A stretch of DNA of 64,000 nucleotides, taken from the NCBI GenBank assembly GCA_905178155.1, contig CAJINV010000007.1, forward strand, positions 752,627 through 816,626, read 5' to 3'. Every line of letters begins with the position of its first letter. Positions within the stretch are counted from its first letter, which is position 1. The translations under genes and the position numbers were made by a program. The notes under the pieces were generated by a model that saw only the letters and a list, made by a program, of their open reading frames with translations, was not told the DNA's origin and did not search any database. Of this stretch, positions 25,501 to 37,770 are shown piece after piece. This stretch comes from Amoebophrya sp. A120 (lineage: Eukaryota; Protista; Dinoflagellata).

Positions 25501-28500
25501 GCTAGACAAATCGGCCAACTTTGGTTGTCTCGCATGACAAGTTTGTCCTCGTAGTGTAATCCTGTTTAGCTAGTTCAGAAGCATCACAGATCTAGCATAT
25601 CGCGCTATTTCTAGCATCACAAATCCCAAAACACGACTAGAAAAAGCTTCTCATGGGGCTTCGCATGAGAAGCTTTTTTGGCATGCAAATTTGCATGACA
25701 ACTCTGGGGTGGAGATGTTTTTACTCGGAATACACGACTTTTTGAAGTGGTCGTACCCGTTGGTGCAAAGCGCGTTGTCCAAGACCACCGTTCACAATGT
25801 GCTGGCAGTGTATGACTCCACGGTGCCCTCGGGTTACTTGGGTCGCCCCACACCCGCGGCGCAGGTCACAGTCGAGGGGGCACTGATCTTATCGTCTGCC
25901 TTATCGAAGAAAAGAACATTGTTAGTGTAACTTTGTGATCCGCAACAGGCAAAGTGACTGCGGCTGTCATGCTGGGCATGCATTGTAGGGCCAACTCAAG
26001 CGCCGCGTTTTCACGTGCAATCTGCGCATGACAGGTTTTTGCTCTCATGGCAGACAGATTTGTAATCCTGTTCCTCCAAACAACTTACACCTACAGTCTT
26101 TTTTTTCTTTGATAGGCCTCCGTTACAACTCTTGCGCCTGTCGCACGCGAAGCGGTATCAGTAGTAGATCTGGAGGAAAGTGTTGAAGGATCATCCGCTG
26201 ACCAAGCGGTTCCCGTGCGGCAGGGCCAGCTGCTGATGCGAGCCCGCACGGTTTGCCCCCAGGGTTATGCCTACAATGTGTTGTGCTGGGGGCAGCAGTG
26301 CCTTGCTCCCGACCCCATCTTTGAAAAGTACGCGACGACGTTTGATGCGCTCGAAATGCGCCGGGTGACGTTTAGCCGTCTCACAGCCGTTGGTAAGGAG
26401 TATCGATTGCTCCTGCAGCAGGGCGGGATAGTTGTTGGCATCGATCTGGAAGGTCAAGAAGATTCGTCATCTGGTGGTCGGGCACCAGCTACCAGACGGC
26501 TACCACAGCACGAGGATCAACAAATCAAAGACAAAGCTGCAGCTGCATCAAAGGAACAACTATTGCCGCCGTCTCGCGGTCCTCTGCCGTTGGCGGAGGT
26601 TTATTTTTCGAGCAGGAGTAGCGGGACCATGCAGAGCACCAAACGAGCAGGAGTGCCTTCCGCGGCATTTTCCACTCCCATCGAAGTCTGGACGTACAGA
26701 AATTTCCACTGGAACTTCGATTTGGAGAAGCTGGCGCCGCAAATAGGGAAAAGCACGCCCGCGGCGCCCCGCGTCCGGTGCGCGTTCTTCCGAGGACGGG
26801 CCTGCGAAGATCCGTTGCTGGCCGACCGCTGGCCGGACGTACAGACGTTGCTGGAATTCACGAACCGGGGGAACTCACACCAAATGGACCGGTATGGCTT
26901 GATTGCCCTTTCCGACTGGGACAAGAATCCGCCCGGCCACGTAGAGATGACTTGGCGTAGCCTGGAGAGTGTGTACCTGCGCAACGTGCGAAACACTACA
27001 TTGCCCGACATCTACGACAGGGAAAGAAATTCATCGTCACGTCGCAAGATGGACGCGACGGCGCGCGAGGTACTAGTACAAAGCCAGCGCCTGCACGAGG
27101 ACACGACGCCCACAGCGGCCGAGTCTGGGGGAGTTTCACTTTCAGCCGCTACCGGGCCCGTTTTTGGAAGTGCTTCGTCCGGGTACGGGACGCAAATGCG
27201 GCCTGGAATTGCACCGGGCCGCGCCCGGAACAAGCGCCCGATTCCTCGAACGGAGCAAAATAAATCCGAAGGACAACGTGGTAGTAGCACAAAACAAGGC
27301 GCGACCACTGGGTCTTCAGTGCACCTTGTCGTGAGCGGGCGCGACGATGACGAATCGGCGGATCATGTTGAGCCGGACGAGAGTTCGTTGGTAGCCGCCT
27401 CGAACCGCTTGGCCTATCACCCGCAGATCGTCATTGACGAGGAATACTTTCAGGTGCGAACAGTACTATGAGAGTGCACAACTCCCCCTCCCTCTCATTT
27501 GTCATGCGAAATACCAAACTTGCTTCTATTGCAGAATAAGTCAAGGAGTTGCACTCTGACCGCCACGCACAAACTAAGCCTTTAAGTTGTCGCTGTGCCC
27601 CAGGTGGGTTGCCAGTCAGCAGTGACAAACAGCTGGCCAATGGTTTGACATCTCCGGCCCGCGGCACTTGCCTTTTTCGCCCGTGCCGCAGGTAAGGCAA
27701 AAATGGTCCAGCCTCCCCTGTCCGGGTGGGGTTGCGGCTTAAGGGAGAGTCTCGCCCCTTAGCCCAAAGGGGTACGTCGTCTCTTCCGTGAGAACAAAAA
27801 CTTATGGCGTAAATGGGTCGGGTCCTGGATCGTTCTGTATGCTGGGCTGTCGCGCTCGGCTTGCTGGCCGGGCTGTACTGATCAGGTGTGGTGGGTAGCT
27901 CCCGACTGGTTGGTACTTTTAATGGGGCGACTTGCCGTGGTAGCGCTCGGCTTTTGTATGTTGAGGCTGCCCCCGAAAGTGTTTCCTCGCCCACCCCCCG
28001 GGGAGGGGATCCTTGACCTGTGGCGCTGGGTGCGGGTGTCCACTACATCTTGATGATGAAGCACTGTTCGCATGACAAATCTCGGAGCCTCAAACAGTAC
28101 TGCGATCGGTCTGGAGATTTGTCATGCGGGAGCCTCATATCTACCATTGCTTGTGTTGCCATGCATGCACTACAGATGAGGGGGAGCGGGAGTTGTGCAC
28201 TCCCAGAAGTACTCCGAGCCTTGCAGGACTGGTTGGACTCTGGCGAGTGGCGACTCCGGCCGTTTTATCAAATGCAAATATGTCTGGGTCTGGAAGAATG
28301 CAAACTTCTCATGCATATTTTCCATTCCCCATGAGGTTTGGAATGCAGGACCTAGCATGACAGGTTCTGCGACGACGTCCCTATCATGCCTATCCTGCAT
28401 GATAAACTGCCACTAAACTTGTTCAAAACTGGACAGCTTTTGGTAGTCATGCAACACAAATTTTTGTACGTCAGGGGGCGTCGCTACTTCAATTCAATAC

Positions 28501-29833
28501 GATCCAGACTTAGCATGACAAGTTCGCATCCTCCCAGACCCAGACATACTTGCAATGCATACGCTCGCGTACCTCGAGTGGGGCGCGCTGCAGGGGCCTT
28601 GGAGCGTGCGAGTGGCCAAGTGGATCGACTACTTCGTCCGCAGGGAGCGCGAGAGGGAGGACGTGGATCAGGAAGGTAGGCAGGACCAGGAGCCGCGTGA
28701 CAGCCGTGCTGGTGGTGTTGCCCCGTGCCGTTTGTTGCTCGTTGAGCCGACCGGACATGGGGTCGCGTCGTCGTTAGAAAATCTTGCTCTGAACGACGTC
28801 CGGTGCGAGTCCGCGCTGGTTTGGCAGGGCTATATATCTGCCGGATCCAGTGGGACCGGAAGTGAAAGAACGGAGGACGAAAAGGAAAAAGCCAGCGCTG
28901 TGACGAACTCTACTGAGGCTGCTCCGACCGCGCCACCGCAGCGCGGCTGGGAAAGTTGGCGCGAGGCGCATGATATGCATTGAAAAAGCATCGTAGTCGT
29001 ACTAGTAGAAATCGCATGACAAATTTCCTCACCATGATGAGAAACGGAATTTGTAATGCGGATTCAACTCAACCTCAAGAAGGAGATTTGTAATGCGTGG
29101 CTGCGATGACTACGAGTACGATGCTTTTGCAATTCATACAAGAGGTTCCTGACGACGTAGTGATGATGAGGGATGTGGTATCAGAGAAAAAAAGTTCTTC
29201 GTCGCGATCACTCATGTACAACATTTCACGTCCTGCAACACAAAAATAATGTACGTCATGCGTAAAAACGCATCACAGGGAAATTTCATACGGGATTTCT
29301 CGTTTATTTGTTTTGGCAATACAAGTGGAAAAACCTGTGTTGCTGCGGCCAAAAAAAAATCTACATGCAAAATCTATCTGCAATTCACTGATCGTCTGAC
29401 GAACTTTTTTTTCGCTCCATACGTGGAGGTGATAGATCTCGTGGACATGGACATTCAGGGCCAGGAGCTGTATGTGATTCCGCGTTTCCTTATCCACAGA
29501 AAAAAACCCATCTCCATCCATTTTTTGCATGACAAACGCAGAACTTTCTGCGTGTTTTGCATGACAAATTGGATGGGGATGGGTGTTTTTTCCTGGATAC
29601 CCCTAGATGAGTTCGCGGACCGGGTGCGCAGAATCCATGTCGGCACGCACGAGAAGTTTGTGCACAAGCGTTTGCGTGCAGCGTTCGAAAGCCACAAATA
29701 CATGGCAAGAACATACTCCCAGTCGTGGGTTTTCGAACAGGATTACCTCGGTATGAGTGCGCGAGGTATTGAGCACTATGGCAATGTTCTATTCAGGGAC
29801 GGCGTCATGACTCTGCGAAATCCAAGGCTTTAG
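22552..29833 (+). CDS. Large, probably secreted protein with a C-terminal FkbM-like methyltransferase region (15 exons, 14 introners)
   Basis: Hydrophobic N-terminus; spliced frame is continuous; C-terminus IDLVDMDIQGQE...RVRRIHVGTH...FRDGVMTLRNPRL resembles FkbM/Methyltransf_21 proteins (recognition only, no search). Confidence 0.75.
22731..23020. mobile_element. Introner, family B (diverged)
   Basis: tatcatatgtgaaagcg / cgttttcacgcatgata; DR tcgga/tcgcc. Confidence 0.8.
23855..24004. mobile_element. Introner, family D
   Basis: Family-D TIR; DR cgcgc/cgcgt. Confidence 0.9.
24077..24284. mobile_element. Introner, family J
   Basis: aagaaaaaaactgtgtaagtgtaact / agttacactagcacatttttttctt; DR tgttt. 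Confidence 0.9.
24321..24492. mobile_element. Introner, family D (diverged)
   Basis: tatgcaatgcaaaag / cttttgcgatgaata; DR tacga. Confidence 0.85.
24576..24786. mobile_element. Introner, family J
   Basis: tatc...gata; DR ggcgg/cgcgg; reverse complement of the 25902 copy. Confidence 0.85.
24859..25121. mobile_element. Introner, family A
   Basis: Family-A TIR; DR tgtgg. Confidence 0.9.
25271..25422. mobile_element. Introner, family D
   Basis: Family-D TIR; DR gcgat. Confidence 0.9.
25454..25732. mobile_element. Introner, family B
   Basis: Family-B TIR; DR cacga. Confidence 0.9.
25902..26114. mobile_element. Introner, family J
   Basis: tatcgaagaaaag / ttttttctttgata; DR tgcct/ggcct. Confidence 0.85.
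27467..28207. mobile_element. Introner, family G, with nested retroposon fragment
   Basis: tatgagagtgcacaactccc / gggagttgtgcactcccaga; DR agtac. Confidence 0.9.
27556..28060 (+). mobile_element. 5'-truncated retroposon (LINE/SINE-like 3' end), copy 1
   Basis: Last ~135 bp match 42401-42530; tgatgatga tail; flanked by gcact. Confidence 0.6.
28266..28561. mobile_element. Introner, family A
   Basis: Family-A TIR; DR cgttt/cgctc. Confidence 0.85.
28974..29138. mobile_element. Introner, family D
   Basis: aaaagcatcgta / tacgatgctttt; DR catga/caaga. Confidence 0.9.
29179..29421. mobile_element. Introner, singleton family
   Basis: gaaaaaaagttc / gaactttttttt; DR tgtgg/cgtgg; removal restores the frame. 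Confidence 0.8.
29491..29599. mobile_element. Introner, smallest copy (109 bp)
   Basis: tatcca...acccatctccatcca / tggatggggatgggt...tggata; DR ttcct/cccct. Confidence 0.85.
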
Positions 29834-30809
29834 AAGCATCGCTTGGCGTCCACCTCGTGGGACAACGGACACAAAAGATCGCTAAAGCTAATGAAGTCCA
29901 GCAAAGACATAGTTGTGACACTGCAATTTTAGCACGAGCCACTCGCGCTAAATGCTAAATGGTTTGCTTCTCTCGGATCGAAGGCGTTCCGTTGCGCAAG
30001 GATGGTGGTCCAGCGTGATTATCGCTTTGTTCTTTGGCAGCACATCACTCAAAGTTCGAGATCTGAATCTTCATGAGCAGGCGCAAATCAGAATTACAAT
30101 GGGGTGCTAGTACTGCTACTAGATGATGCCTTGCCACCAGCAACTTCTTTGCACTCGTCCAGTATTAAAAAAATACAGTGATCTACTACTTCCATTATGA
30201 TCGAATCGAGAAGAGGTTGAATTGCAAAGGAGCAGCAGACCGGGTGGGTCCGAATCTTGAACGATTGTCTCGTGTGCTCTTATCATTTTGTTTATTGCCC
30301 CGGCTGCCATACGTACATGTAGTTGTCCAATCCAAGAAATGAATATGTCCTCGAGCTACGTCATTTCTGAGATCAAAACGGAAAGAACCTCTACTTGTGT
30401 GCCTTTTTTATTCTTCCTGAACACGACATGAATCGAAGGTCAAGATCCGGGTTTTGCTGGGCTTCTAGCAGCATGGGTTCCAACTGAACTATGTATAGCG
30501 AAGTTCCGGTTTTTCGAAAAATTGAGTACATTAGATGACAGCGACAAATTCTTCCTAATGGTCTATTTTATGTTCCTTTTATCGCGAACTTTCTGATTTT
30601 GGCAGCGGCTGCGCATAGTCCTTTCCGTTGGAGCCTTTCTACGTCTGTCGACTTAGGTTAGTAGTAGCATGCGTGATAGAACAAGAAGAAAATTTAATTA
30701 TAGCTAGAACACGACGACCAACAAAATGGTGTTTGTCAAGTCACCACCGACCTGAAGACCCATCTCGACCTCTCTAGCTCTCAGCACGCACCACAAAAAA
30801 ACAAAAACA

Positions 30810-33800
30810 ATGTCCGGCCAACGGTCGATCGCCCACCTGCGGCGGTCCCCGCATTTCAAAACCATTACGGAGTTCCAAAACCAGAACGACAAGGACGAAT
30901 TTATTTTCCCGTATGAAAATAAAAAATCCCCCCTCCCCATATCAAATTTGAAATCTATGATGCAGAATTTGTGTACACAAATCAGCTTTGTCTTGCAGTA
31001 GAGGACTGCACGCAGATAAAAAGCCTGAGCTGGGCCTTTTTGTTGTTGGCTCCTGGCAAGGGAGACTGATCCTCTGCACGCCGTACAGCATTACAAATTG
31101 CCCGCAAAGCCCGGCGGAGTCTCTGGCTTTGCCTTCTTGCAATACAGAGCCGATCTGTGTCCGCAAATCAGCATCGCAAATTTTTACAAGTATGGCTTTT
31201 CAGTATGGGGAGGGGGGATTTTTCATTTTGATATCCCGCGCGAACTTAACTCCACGGAGCGCGAGGATGTCCGGCAGATCTGCAAGCACTTGGAGCTTTC
31301 CTTCCAAACCAAAAACCACGGGGCGCAGTATGCATTGCAAAAGTACTATTGTGCTAAGTATGAATTGCATTACAAATTAGCGCAGCCTGCTGAAGACAAA
31401 TAGAATTTGTAATGCTGTTTTCACTTAGGAAGAAGATTTGTCATGCGTGTCTGCAATTCACATGCACGATCATGCTTTTGAAATGCATATGCAGAAGCGG
31501 ATCACCATTCTCAAACCGCAGTTCAACAAAATCGGGCCGAGTTGGAAGCTATGAACTGTAAAAGCATCGCACTTACTCGTGCTAATTGCAAACATGCATG
31601 ACAAATCTTTTTCTTAAGGCAAATCCGCATCACAAATTTCATTTCTCATGCTGGCGAAATTTGTAATGCATTGATACGAGTGCGGGTGCGATGCTTTTGC
31701 AGTTCATAGAAGCTTTTGGAGTACGTGGGGATCTCCGCTTCGAAGATCGTTTTGCGGTTCAAGATATGCACTGCAAATTAATATGTCTGGGTCTGGAAAT
31801 CTGTGATGCTGAATTGAGCATGATTGAAGCGCTTGCAATGGCAGCCAGGCATGACAAGTTTTAGAGACGCCTGCTGATGCCTACCACGCATCACAAATTA
31901 TTATTATTATTGCGTTTTTGCATGGCAAAGCAAGATCCTCTTTTGCTGCTCATGCAACACAGATTTTCCGGGAATGCAAGACACGCATCACAAGTTCCAC
32001 TCTTCCAGACCCACCAGATATCTTTGCAGTTGATACAAGAAACCGACCAAGGGGCTCATCGATTTGTCGAAGGAAAAGGAGCTGGAAAAGCGGAATGAGA
32101 AAAAAGAGGAAACTAAGGAAGATTTAGAAAAGCAGAAGCGGGAAAAGGAAAAAGCCATCCAAAATCTGCAGTACTGTTATCATGTGAAAAAACGTCCCAA
32201 CCCCATAGTCAAGTTGGTAAATCTGCAACACAAATCTCGAACTTTTGGGAGTTTTGCTTGACAAACTTTCATCTGTAGTGTAGGGCTGTTTAGCAAGGGC
32301 AGCCGCATGAGAAAGCCAGCCTCTCATCCTGTTTACTGCATTACAAATTCCAAAACACGACTGGGAATGCCTCTCAAGGAGATGCGCATTACAAATGTTC
32401 CTGTCATTGCACATTTGCATGACAACTCTGGTGTGGGGACATTTTTACTCAGGATAACTGTGCGGAGAAAATCATCGCCTTGACCGGTCGGAACCCGGAC
32501 GAATTGCCGATTCAGCGATTATATCAGATGCAAAAATGCCTGGGTCTGGAAGGATGTAACTTGTGATGCGCATTTCAGAACACACAAAAATCTCTAATGC
32601 ATAAAGCAGAAAAAGCTGTTCACTTTCTGTCACCAAAGTGGGGGATTAATATTTACATTGCTTGACTTCCGGGTTCTGGTCCCGCCTACCCCCCGGCGAC
32701 AGGTGACCTTGACAGGTGACCTTGACAGGTGACCTTGACAGGTGACCTTGACAGGTGACCTTGACAGGTGATCGTGACAGGTTACCGTGACAGGTGACCT
32801 TGACAGGTGACCTGGACAGGTGACCTGGACAGGTGGCCGCGACAGGCGAAGCGTGAGGATAAAGCAAAGGCGAGGCCAGCGCCTGGGCGCAAATATTTAT
32901 TTTTCACGCCAAATGCCGCTCTTGACGTGAAAAATAAATTAAAAGCGCCAAAAAAAAAAAACGACGCAAAAATTGAAAAAGATTAAAGCTGTAACACAAA
33001 CTGCCTCCATAAGCAAAGAAGTCTTTGCGTTCGCGTTGCCATGCAAAAATAAAAAAGCGGCTATCTCTGCAATGCACGGCCAGGAAACAGCTGCTCTCTT
33101 TGCTCTGTGGAACCGGAAAGGCGTTGCGCTTCAATATTAGAGAACTTTTTTGCAGAAGCCACACAGAGATATTCACTTTGCTTCTATTTTTGTTTTTTCT
33201 TGCAAAATGCAGGGCGCCTAATTCGCCCTTTTTCCACTAGCGCTTCGCGCACTGAGCCACTACGCGCGCGCCTGGTGTGAGGCGAGGGGCGGACGCTGTC
33301 CGCCCCGATGCCGAACACCCTTCCCCCACTAGCGTTTCGCGCACTAAGCCACTACGCGCGCGCCTGGTGTGAGGCGAGGGGCGGACGCTGTCCGCCCCGA
33401 TGCCGAACACCCTTCCCCCACTAGCGCCACTAGGGACGAGCACAAGGCCCCAGCGTGGGGACCCTGTCCCCACGCTCGGGTGGGCCTTGTTTGTCATGCG
33501 GATTCGGCATTGCGGAAGCTTCTCGAAACCTGTGATGCTAGACCTTCCATGCCAGACCTTCTGTGTCATGCAGAAACAGCATGACTCTTCCAGACCCAGA
33601 CACTTTTGCACTTGATAGGCTAGAAACCGTCGAGAACGCGTTGCAACGGTTTAAACAGGACGGCACCACGATGCCTTTAGATGTGGCGAACAAGAAGAAA
33701 AAGGACGCTTTGTTGGGCGAAACCATGTTCGACCGTGGCTACGCGTTTGGCCCCGGCGGGCCGAAGGATATCAAGATTGAAGAGGAAGAACAGCCGGCGC

Positions 33801-36800
33801 CCCCGGACGCGGATTTGTTCAAGGAAAAATTTTTGGAACTCGACGGAAACAAGAACGACTTGTCGAAGCTGGGGCCGTATCAAGTGCAAATATGTCTGGG
33901 TCTGGAAAGTTGGAACTTGTAATGCTAGTAGCCCAAAAACATTGCTGGGAACAATAAATCTGTATTTCGTACTAACTATACCATAACAAAAGCGGCAGCC
34001 ATTTATTTTGTCATGCAAAAATGCAGTTTCCCATGCGGACTGCCTATGAGACAGCGTTCTGGATGAAGTTGTCATGCTGGGCTACAAATTCGGAAGTGTG
34101 TCCATCATCCGCCTTTTAGCATCACAAATTTCCAGCAGACGAAAAAGACATATTTGCATTGCATAGGCCGGTGAAGGAAAACGAAACCGTCAAGGTGGAC
34201 GTGTACGACGCGGCGGAACTGGAGGAAATGGTGGAACTGCAGAAATTATCAAATGCAAATATGTCTGGGTGGTCTGGAAGGTTGCAGTAACCTGTAATGC
34301 TGCCCTTGGATTCTACACGGAATCTGTATTGCATGATTTGATCAGCATAACAAGAGGTCCATTTTCTGCTACGAAGAAAGGGCCTTTCTCATGCAGTATA
34401 GGCATCAGAAAGCCCTCAGGAAATCTGTGATGCTGGGACATGCATCAGAGACATCATGGGTCATGCAAAATGTGCATGGCAAGCGCTGCATTCTTCCAGA
34501 CCCAGCCATATTTGCATTTGATAGAAAATGACGAAAAAACGGAAAAGGAAGGACCGAGACCAGAGCAATTCTTCGTCTTCCAGCAGTAGTTCTTCCAGTT
34601 CCTATGCAAGAAAAAAACTGTGTTAGTGTAACTTTCTTGAAGGAATAGCATGACAAGTTTGCTCTGCATGACACAGAAAACGTGTCATGCGTAGCTAGTA
34701 CGTGAAAACACGCACGAAAAGAGCCTCTGACGCATGTCCAGTATGACAAGAGTAGGCGTCTTGCATCCCCTGCAACAGAAATTTACACTGACACAGCTTT
34801 TTCCTTCGATAGTTCCAGTAGTTCTTCCAGTAGTTCCTCCTCTTCCAGCAGCGAGTCCGAGTCGAACAAATCTGCCTCGAGGAAGAAGAAAAAGCGAAAC
34901 AAGGACGAAAAAATGAAATCGCACGTATCGAAGAAGCGATCTTCAAAGCATCATCATCCTAAGCGGTCGCCCAGAAGCGTGGGAGGTACTAGCAGTGAGG
35001 GTGGTCGTCATGAAGATGACAACAGGAAAAATCGTCGCTCTAGGAGTAGGCGTGGCCAGGTATGGAGTTCTCAAACGTTACATTCTCAACTGTTACATGA
35101 ATTTGTCATGCGGGACAACCTTCAGCTGCCAGATGATCAAGCTGCTTCGCATGACAAATCTCCGAGAGGCTAAACAGCGTCTAAATCTGTGCCAAATCTG
35201 TGATGCAAAAGCAGCAAGCTTGGCCCCTTGACTCTTGCCATTCTTGCATCACAAATTCATGTAACAGTTGAGAATGTAACAGTTGAGAGCGCCATACCAG
35301 GACCGGGATATTAAGGACGCTCGGCGGGACAAGGGTAACAAGAAGCGCGGAACTACTACATCAAACCGCGACAAAGACAATCGAGATGAACGTCGAGCAG
35401 CACACGACCGTGAGGACGACGACCCAGACGACGGGCACAAAGCCAAAGCGGCGCGAAAGAAGGAAAAAAAGAAAGCCAGGAGAGAACGGGAAAGAAGGGA
35501 AATGACGCTAGAGGAATTGGAGAAGAAGAAAAACAACCTGTCCCGGGAATTAGACGACAACTACAGGATATCACGAGAAAAAAGTGTTACAGTTACACAC
35601 TTGTTGAATTTTCTGCATCACAAATTTTCTCTGTGTGACAGAGAAAACTTGTAATGCGAATATCATAAGGGAAAACAGGAAGGAAACGAGGCTCCTAAGC
35701 ATTTCCTGCATGAGAAAGGTTGTCTGTGTTGCCGGTCTTGCAACACAATGTGTAACTGTAACAGTTTTTTCTTGCGATACAGGAGGTCCGGAAGATTCTA
35801 CAATACTTCTGCTGCCAGTGACGCACAGGGCCAGAACCCGTACGGAGGTAGTACTACTGGGGGAGCGGACCATGCTGGTGCAGCGTCTAGTACACAACCA
35901 GGAAGCACAGGAGGAACACAACCCCCACCAGGCGGGAAGCCGGTTCTTGTATCAGAAGGAAAAACTCCCCCTCCCCGTATCAAACGGAAGTTTCTGATGC
36001 TGGATTTGCGTACACAAATCAGCTTTGTCTTGCAGTAGAGGACTTCCGGCCCCCATCAAACCTGAGTAGAGAAGTTTTGGCCTAGGCGCTTAGCATGAGA
36101 AACGTCTATGGTGTAGGCCCAACAGCATTACAAACCGCCTGCATAATGCGGCGGAGCCTGTGGAGTTGCATGCTTGCAACACAGACGCGATTTCTGGTCA
36201 CAAATCAGCATTGCAAATTTTCTGCGGCGTGCCTTTTCGATATGGGGAGGGGGGATTTTTCCTTATGATATCTTGGAAACCTAGTTTACATGGACAAGGC
36301 GAAGTATCGTACGAAAAAAGTGTTTCACTGTAAGGATTTTGCAGGTTTTGCATCACAAGTGTGTACTACATGACCACAGATGAAATTTGCTATGCCAGGT
36401 TCCTAAGGGAAAACACATCTGAAAATCCACTGTGTTGCATGTGTAGCAAGACAAACACTTGCGAGATGCATTTTCTGCATTACGAGTTTACACGTGAAAC
36501 AGTTTTTTCTGACGATACGAAGGGCGGAAAAGCGGTGCACCTCCCGCCAGGGCAGCAGCCCCCGCCCGGCGCGCAGCTCTTCATTCCGATGGACAAAGGG
36601 AACGGAAAACAGATTTTGGTGCCGAAAGGCGCACCGCTGCCGCCGGTGCATCTGATGAAGGGCGGTGGGCCACCGGTTGTTGGTGTACCCGGAGCGCCGC
36701 ATCTTCCAGGGTATACTGTTCCTCCACCGGGTGCTGGTGTGTGGCTGCCGCCAGGTGGTGGTGCAGCTCCTATGCATTGCAAAAGTATCGTATTCGTATA

Positions 36801-37770
36801 AATGCAATACAAATTGCGGCAGCAACATGAGAAATAAAATTTGTAATGCAGATTTAGCTTAAGAGAGGGATTTGTAATGCATGATTGCAATACGAGTGCC
36901 GTACCTACGATACTTTTGCACAGGATAGCTCCTGGCCCTGGGGGATATCAACATCATCCTCCTGGTATCCTGTGCAAAAGTATCGTACTCGTATTGCAGT
37001 CAGGCACTACAAATCTTTTTTTCAAGGTAAATTCGCATTACAAATTTTCTTTCTCATGCTAGGGAAATTTGTAATGCTTTTATACGAGTACGATACTTTT
37101 GCAGTGGATACCTGGCATGATGCCGATGAAGGGACAGCCTTTAGTCCCGGGGAAGATGCACGGAGGTTCTGCTTACCCGCCTGGACAGGGTGGAAAGATG
37201 GGTTCTTTCAATAAAGCCGGCGGAGTTCCACCAGCTAAGGGAATCAAGAAGGGGTGGGAACAAGAGAGCAGAGTACTAAGTGGCGGACCTGATAAAAATG
37301 GCAATCAGTCACCGAAGATGAACACATCCTCGTCGCGGGCCGCACACCAGAGCGGCACGACAGGAGCTGATGCTTCAGCACCGACTTTGACTTTGATTCC
37401 GAACGAACAATGGAATAAAGAAGAGGGAGGAAAAGTGGAGAAAAATGGGAATCATGATCAAGAACGAGGAGCAGCTGGATCAGGAACAGGATCGTCAGCA
37501 CTTGTAGCGGACGCGGGCAAAATCAAAATGAATCCGGGACAAGAGGCTGAAGCGGAATTATCGAGTTCGGCGGACAATGGAGAGGGAGGCGGTACTACTG
37601 CTACTGCAACTGCTACTGCTACTGTTACTGCAACTACCCGCGCTCCTGCTCCCGCTGATGTTGCTGCTGATGTTCAACAGCATGAGAAAGATGAACAGGA
37701 GCAACAGCAAGCTACTTTTGCGGAGGAGGATGCGCCGGTTGTCGAAGAGGAAGATTTTGGGGAGGAGTAA
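30810..37770 (+). CDS. Protein with an N-terminal R3H-like domain and Ser-, Lys/Arg- and Pro/Gly-rich regions (16 exons, 15 introners); probably nucleic-acid binding
   Basis: Spliced EFIFPRELNSTEREDVRQICKHLELSFQTKNHGAQKRITILK resembles the R3H pattern (RxxxH appears as RxxxR); frame continuous to the stop at 37770. Confidence 0.8.
30912..31233. mobile_element. Introner, family C
   Basis: Family-C TIR; DR tcccg. Confidence 0.9.
31329..31489. mobile_element. Introner, family D
   Basis: tatgcattgcaaaag / cttttgaaatgcata; DR cgcag/tgcag. Confidence 0.9.
31550..31708. mobile_element. Introner, family D
   Basis: tatgaactgtaaaagcatcgcac / gtgcgatgcttttgcagttcata; DR gaagc. Confidence 0.9.
31765..32035. 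mobile_element. Introner, family A
   Basis: Family-A TIR; DR caaga. Confidence 0.9.
32178..32456. mobile_element. Introner, family B
   Basis: Family-B TIR; DR actgt. Confidence 0.9.
32522..33617. mobile_element. Introner, family A, with nested Helitron-like element
   Basis: Family-A TIRs at both ends; DR gatta/ggcta; exons join as ELPIQRL|ETVENAL. Confidence 0.85.
32650..33489 (+). mobile_element. Non-autonomous Helitron-like element, copy 2
   Basis: Sits between A and T without a TSD; 13-bp gacaggtgacctt array at about 32698-32840; 3' hairpin gcgtggggac/gtccccacgc then CTTG. Confidence 0.65.
33878..34165. mobile_element. Introner, family A
   Basis: Family-A TIR; DR ggccg. Confidence 0.9.
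34247..34523. mobile_element. Introner, family A
   Basis: Family-A TIR; DR gaaat/gaaaa. Confidence 0.9.
34603..34811. mobile_element. Introner, family J
   Basis: Family-J TIR; DR gttcc. Confidence 0.9.
35061..35296. mobile_element. Introner, family I
   Basis: gttacattctcaactgttacatgaatttgt / acaaattcatgtaacagttgagaatgtaac; DR ccagg. Confidence 0.9.
35569..35779. mobile_element. Introner, family E-related
   Basis: tgttacagttacaca / tgtgtaactgtaaca; DR cagga. Confidence 0.9.
35950..36270. mobile_element. Introner, family C (inverted relative to 8148)
   Basis: Family-C TIR; DR tcttg. Confidence 0.9.
36305..36517. mobile_element. Introner, family E
   Basis: Family-E TIR; DR cgaag. Confidence 0.9.
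36771..36927. mobile_element. Introner, family D
   Basis: Family-D TIR; DR gctcc. Confidence 0.9.
36966..37110. mobile_element. Introner, family D
   Basis: Family-D TIR; DR cctgg. Confidence 0.9.

Noticed and set aside
27925-28045. HDV-like ribozyme in the retroposon tail (tcctcgc)
   Set aside because: I could not build the nested double pseudoknot by eye, and such ribozymes normally sit at 5' ends; needs an Infernal search.
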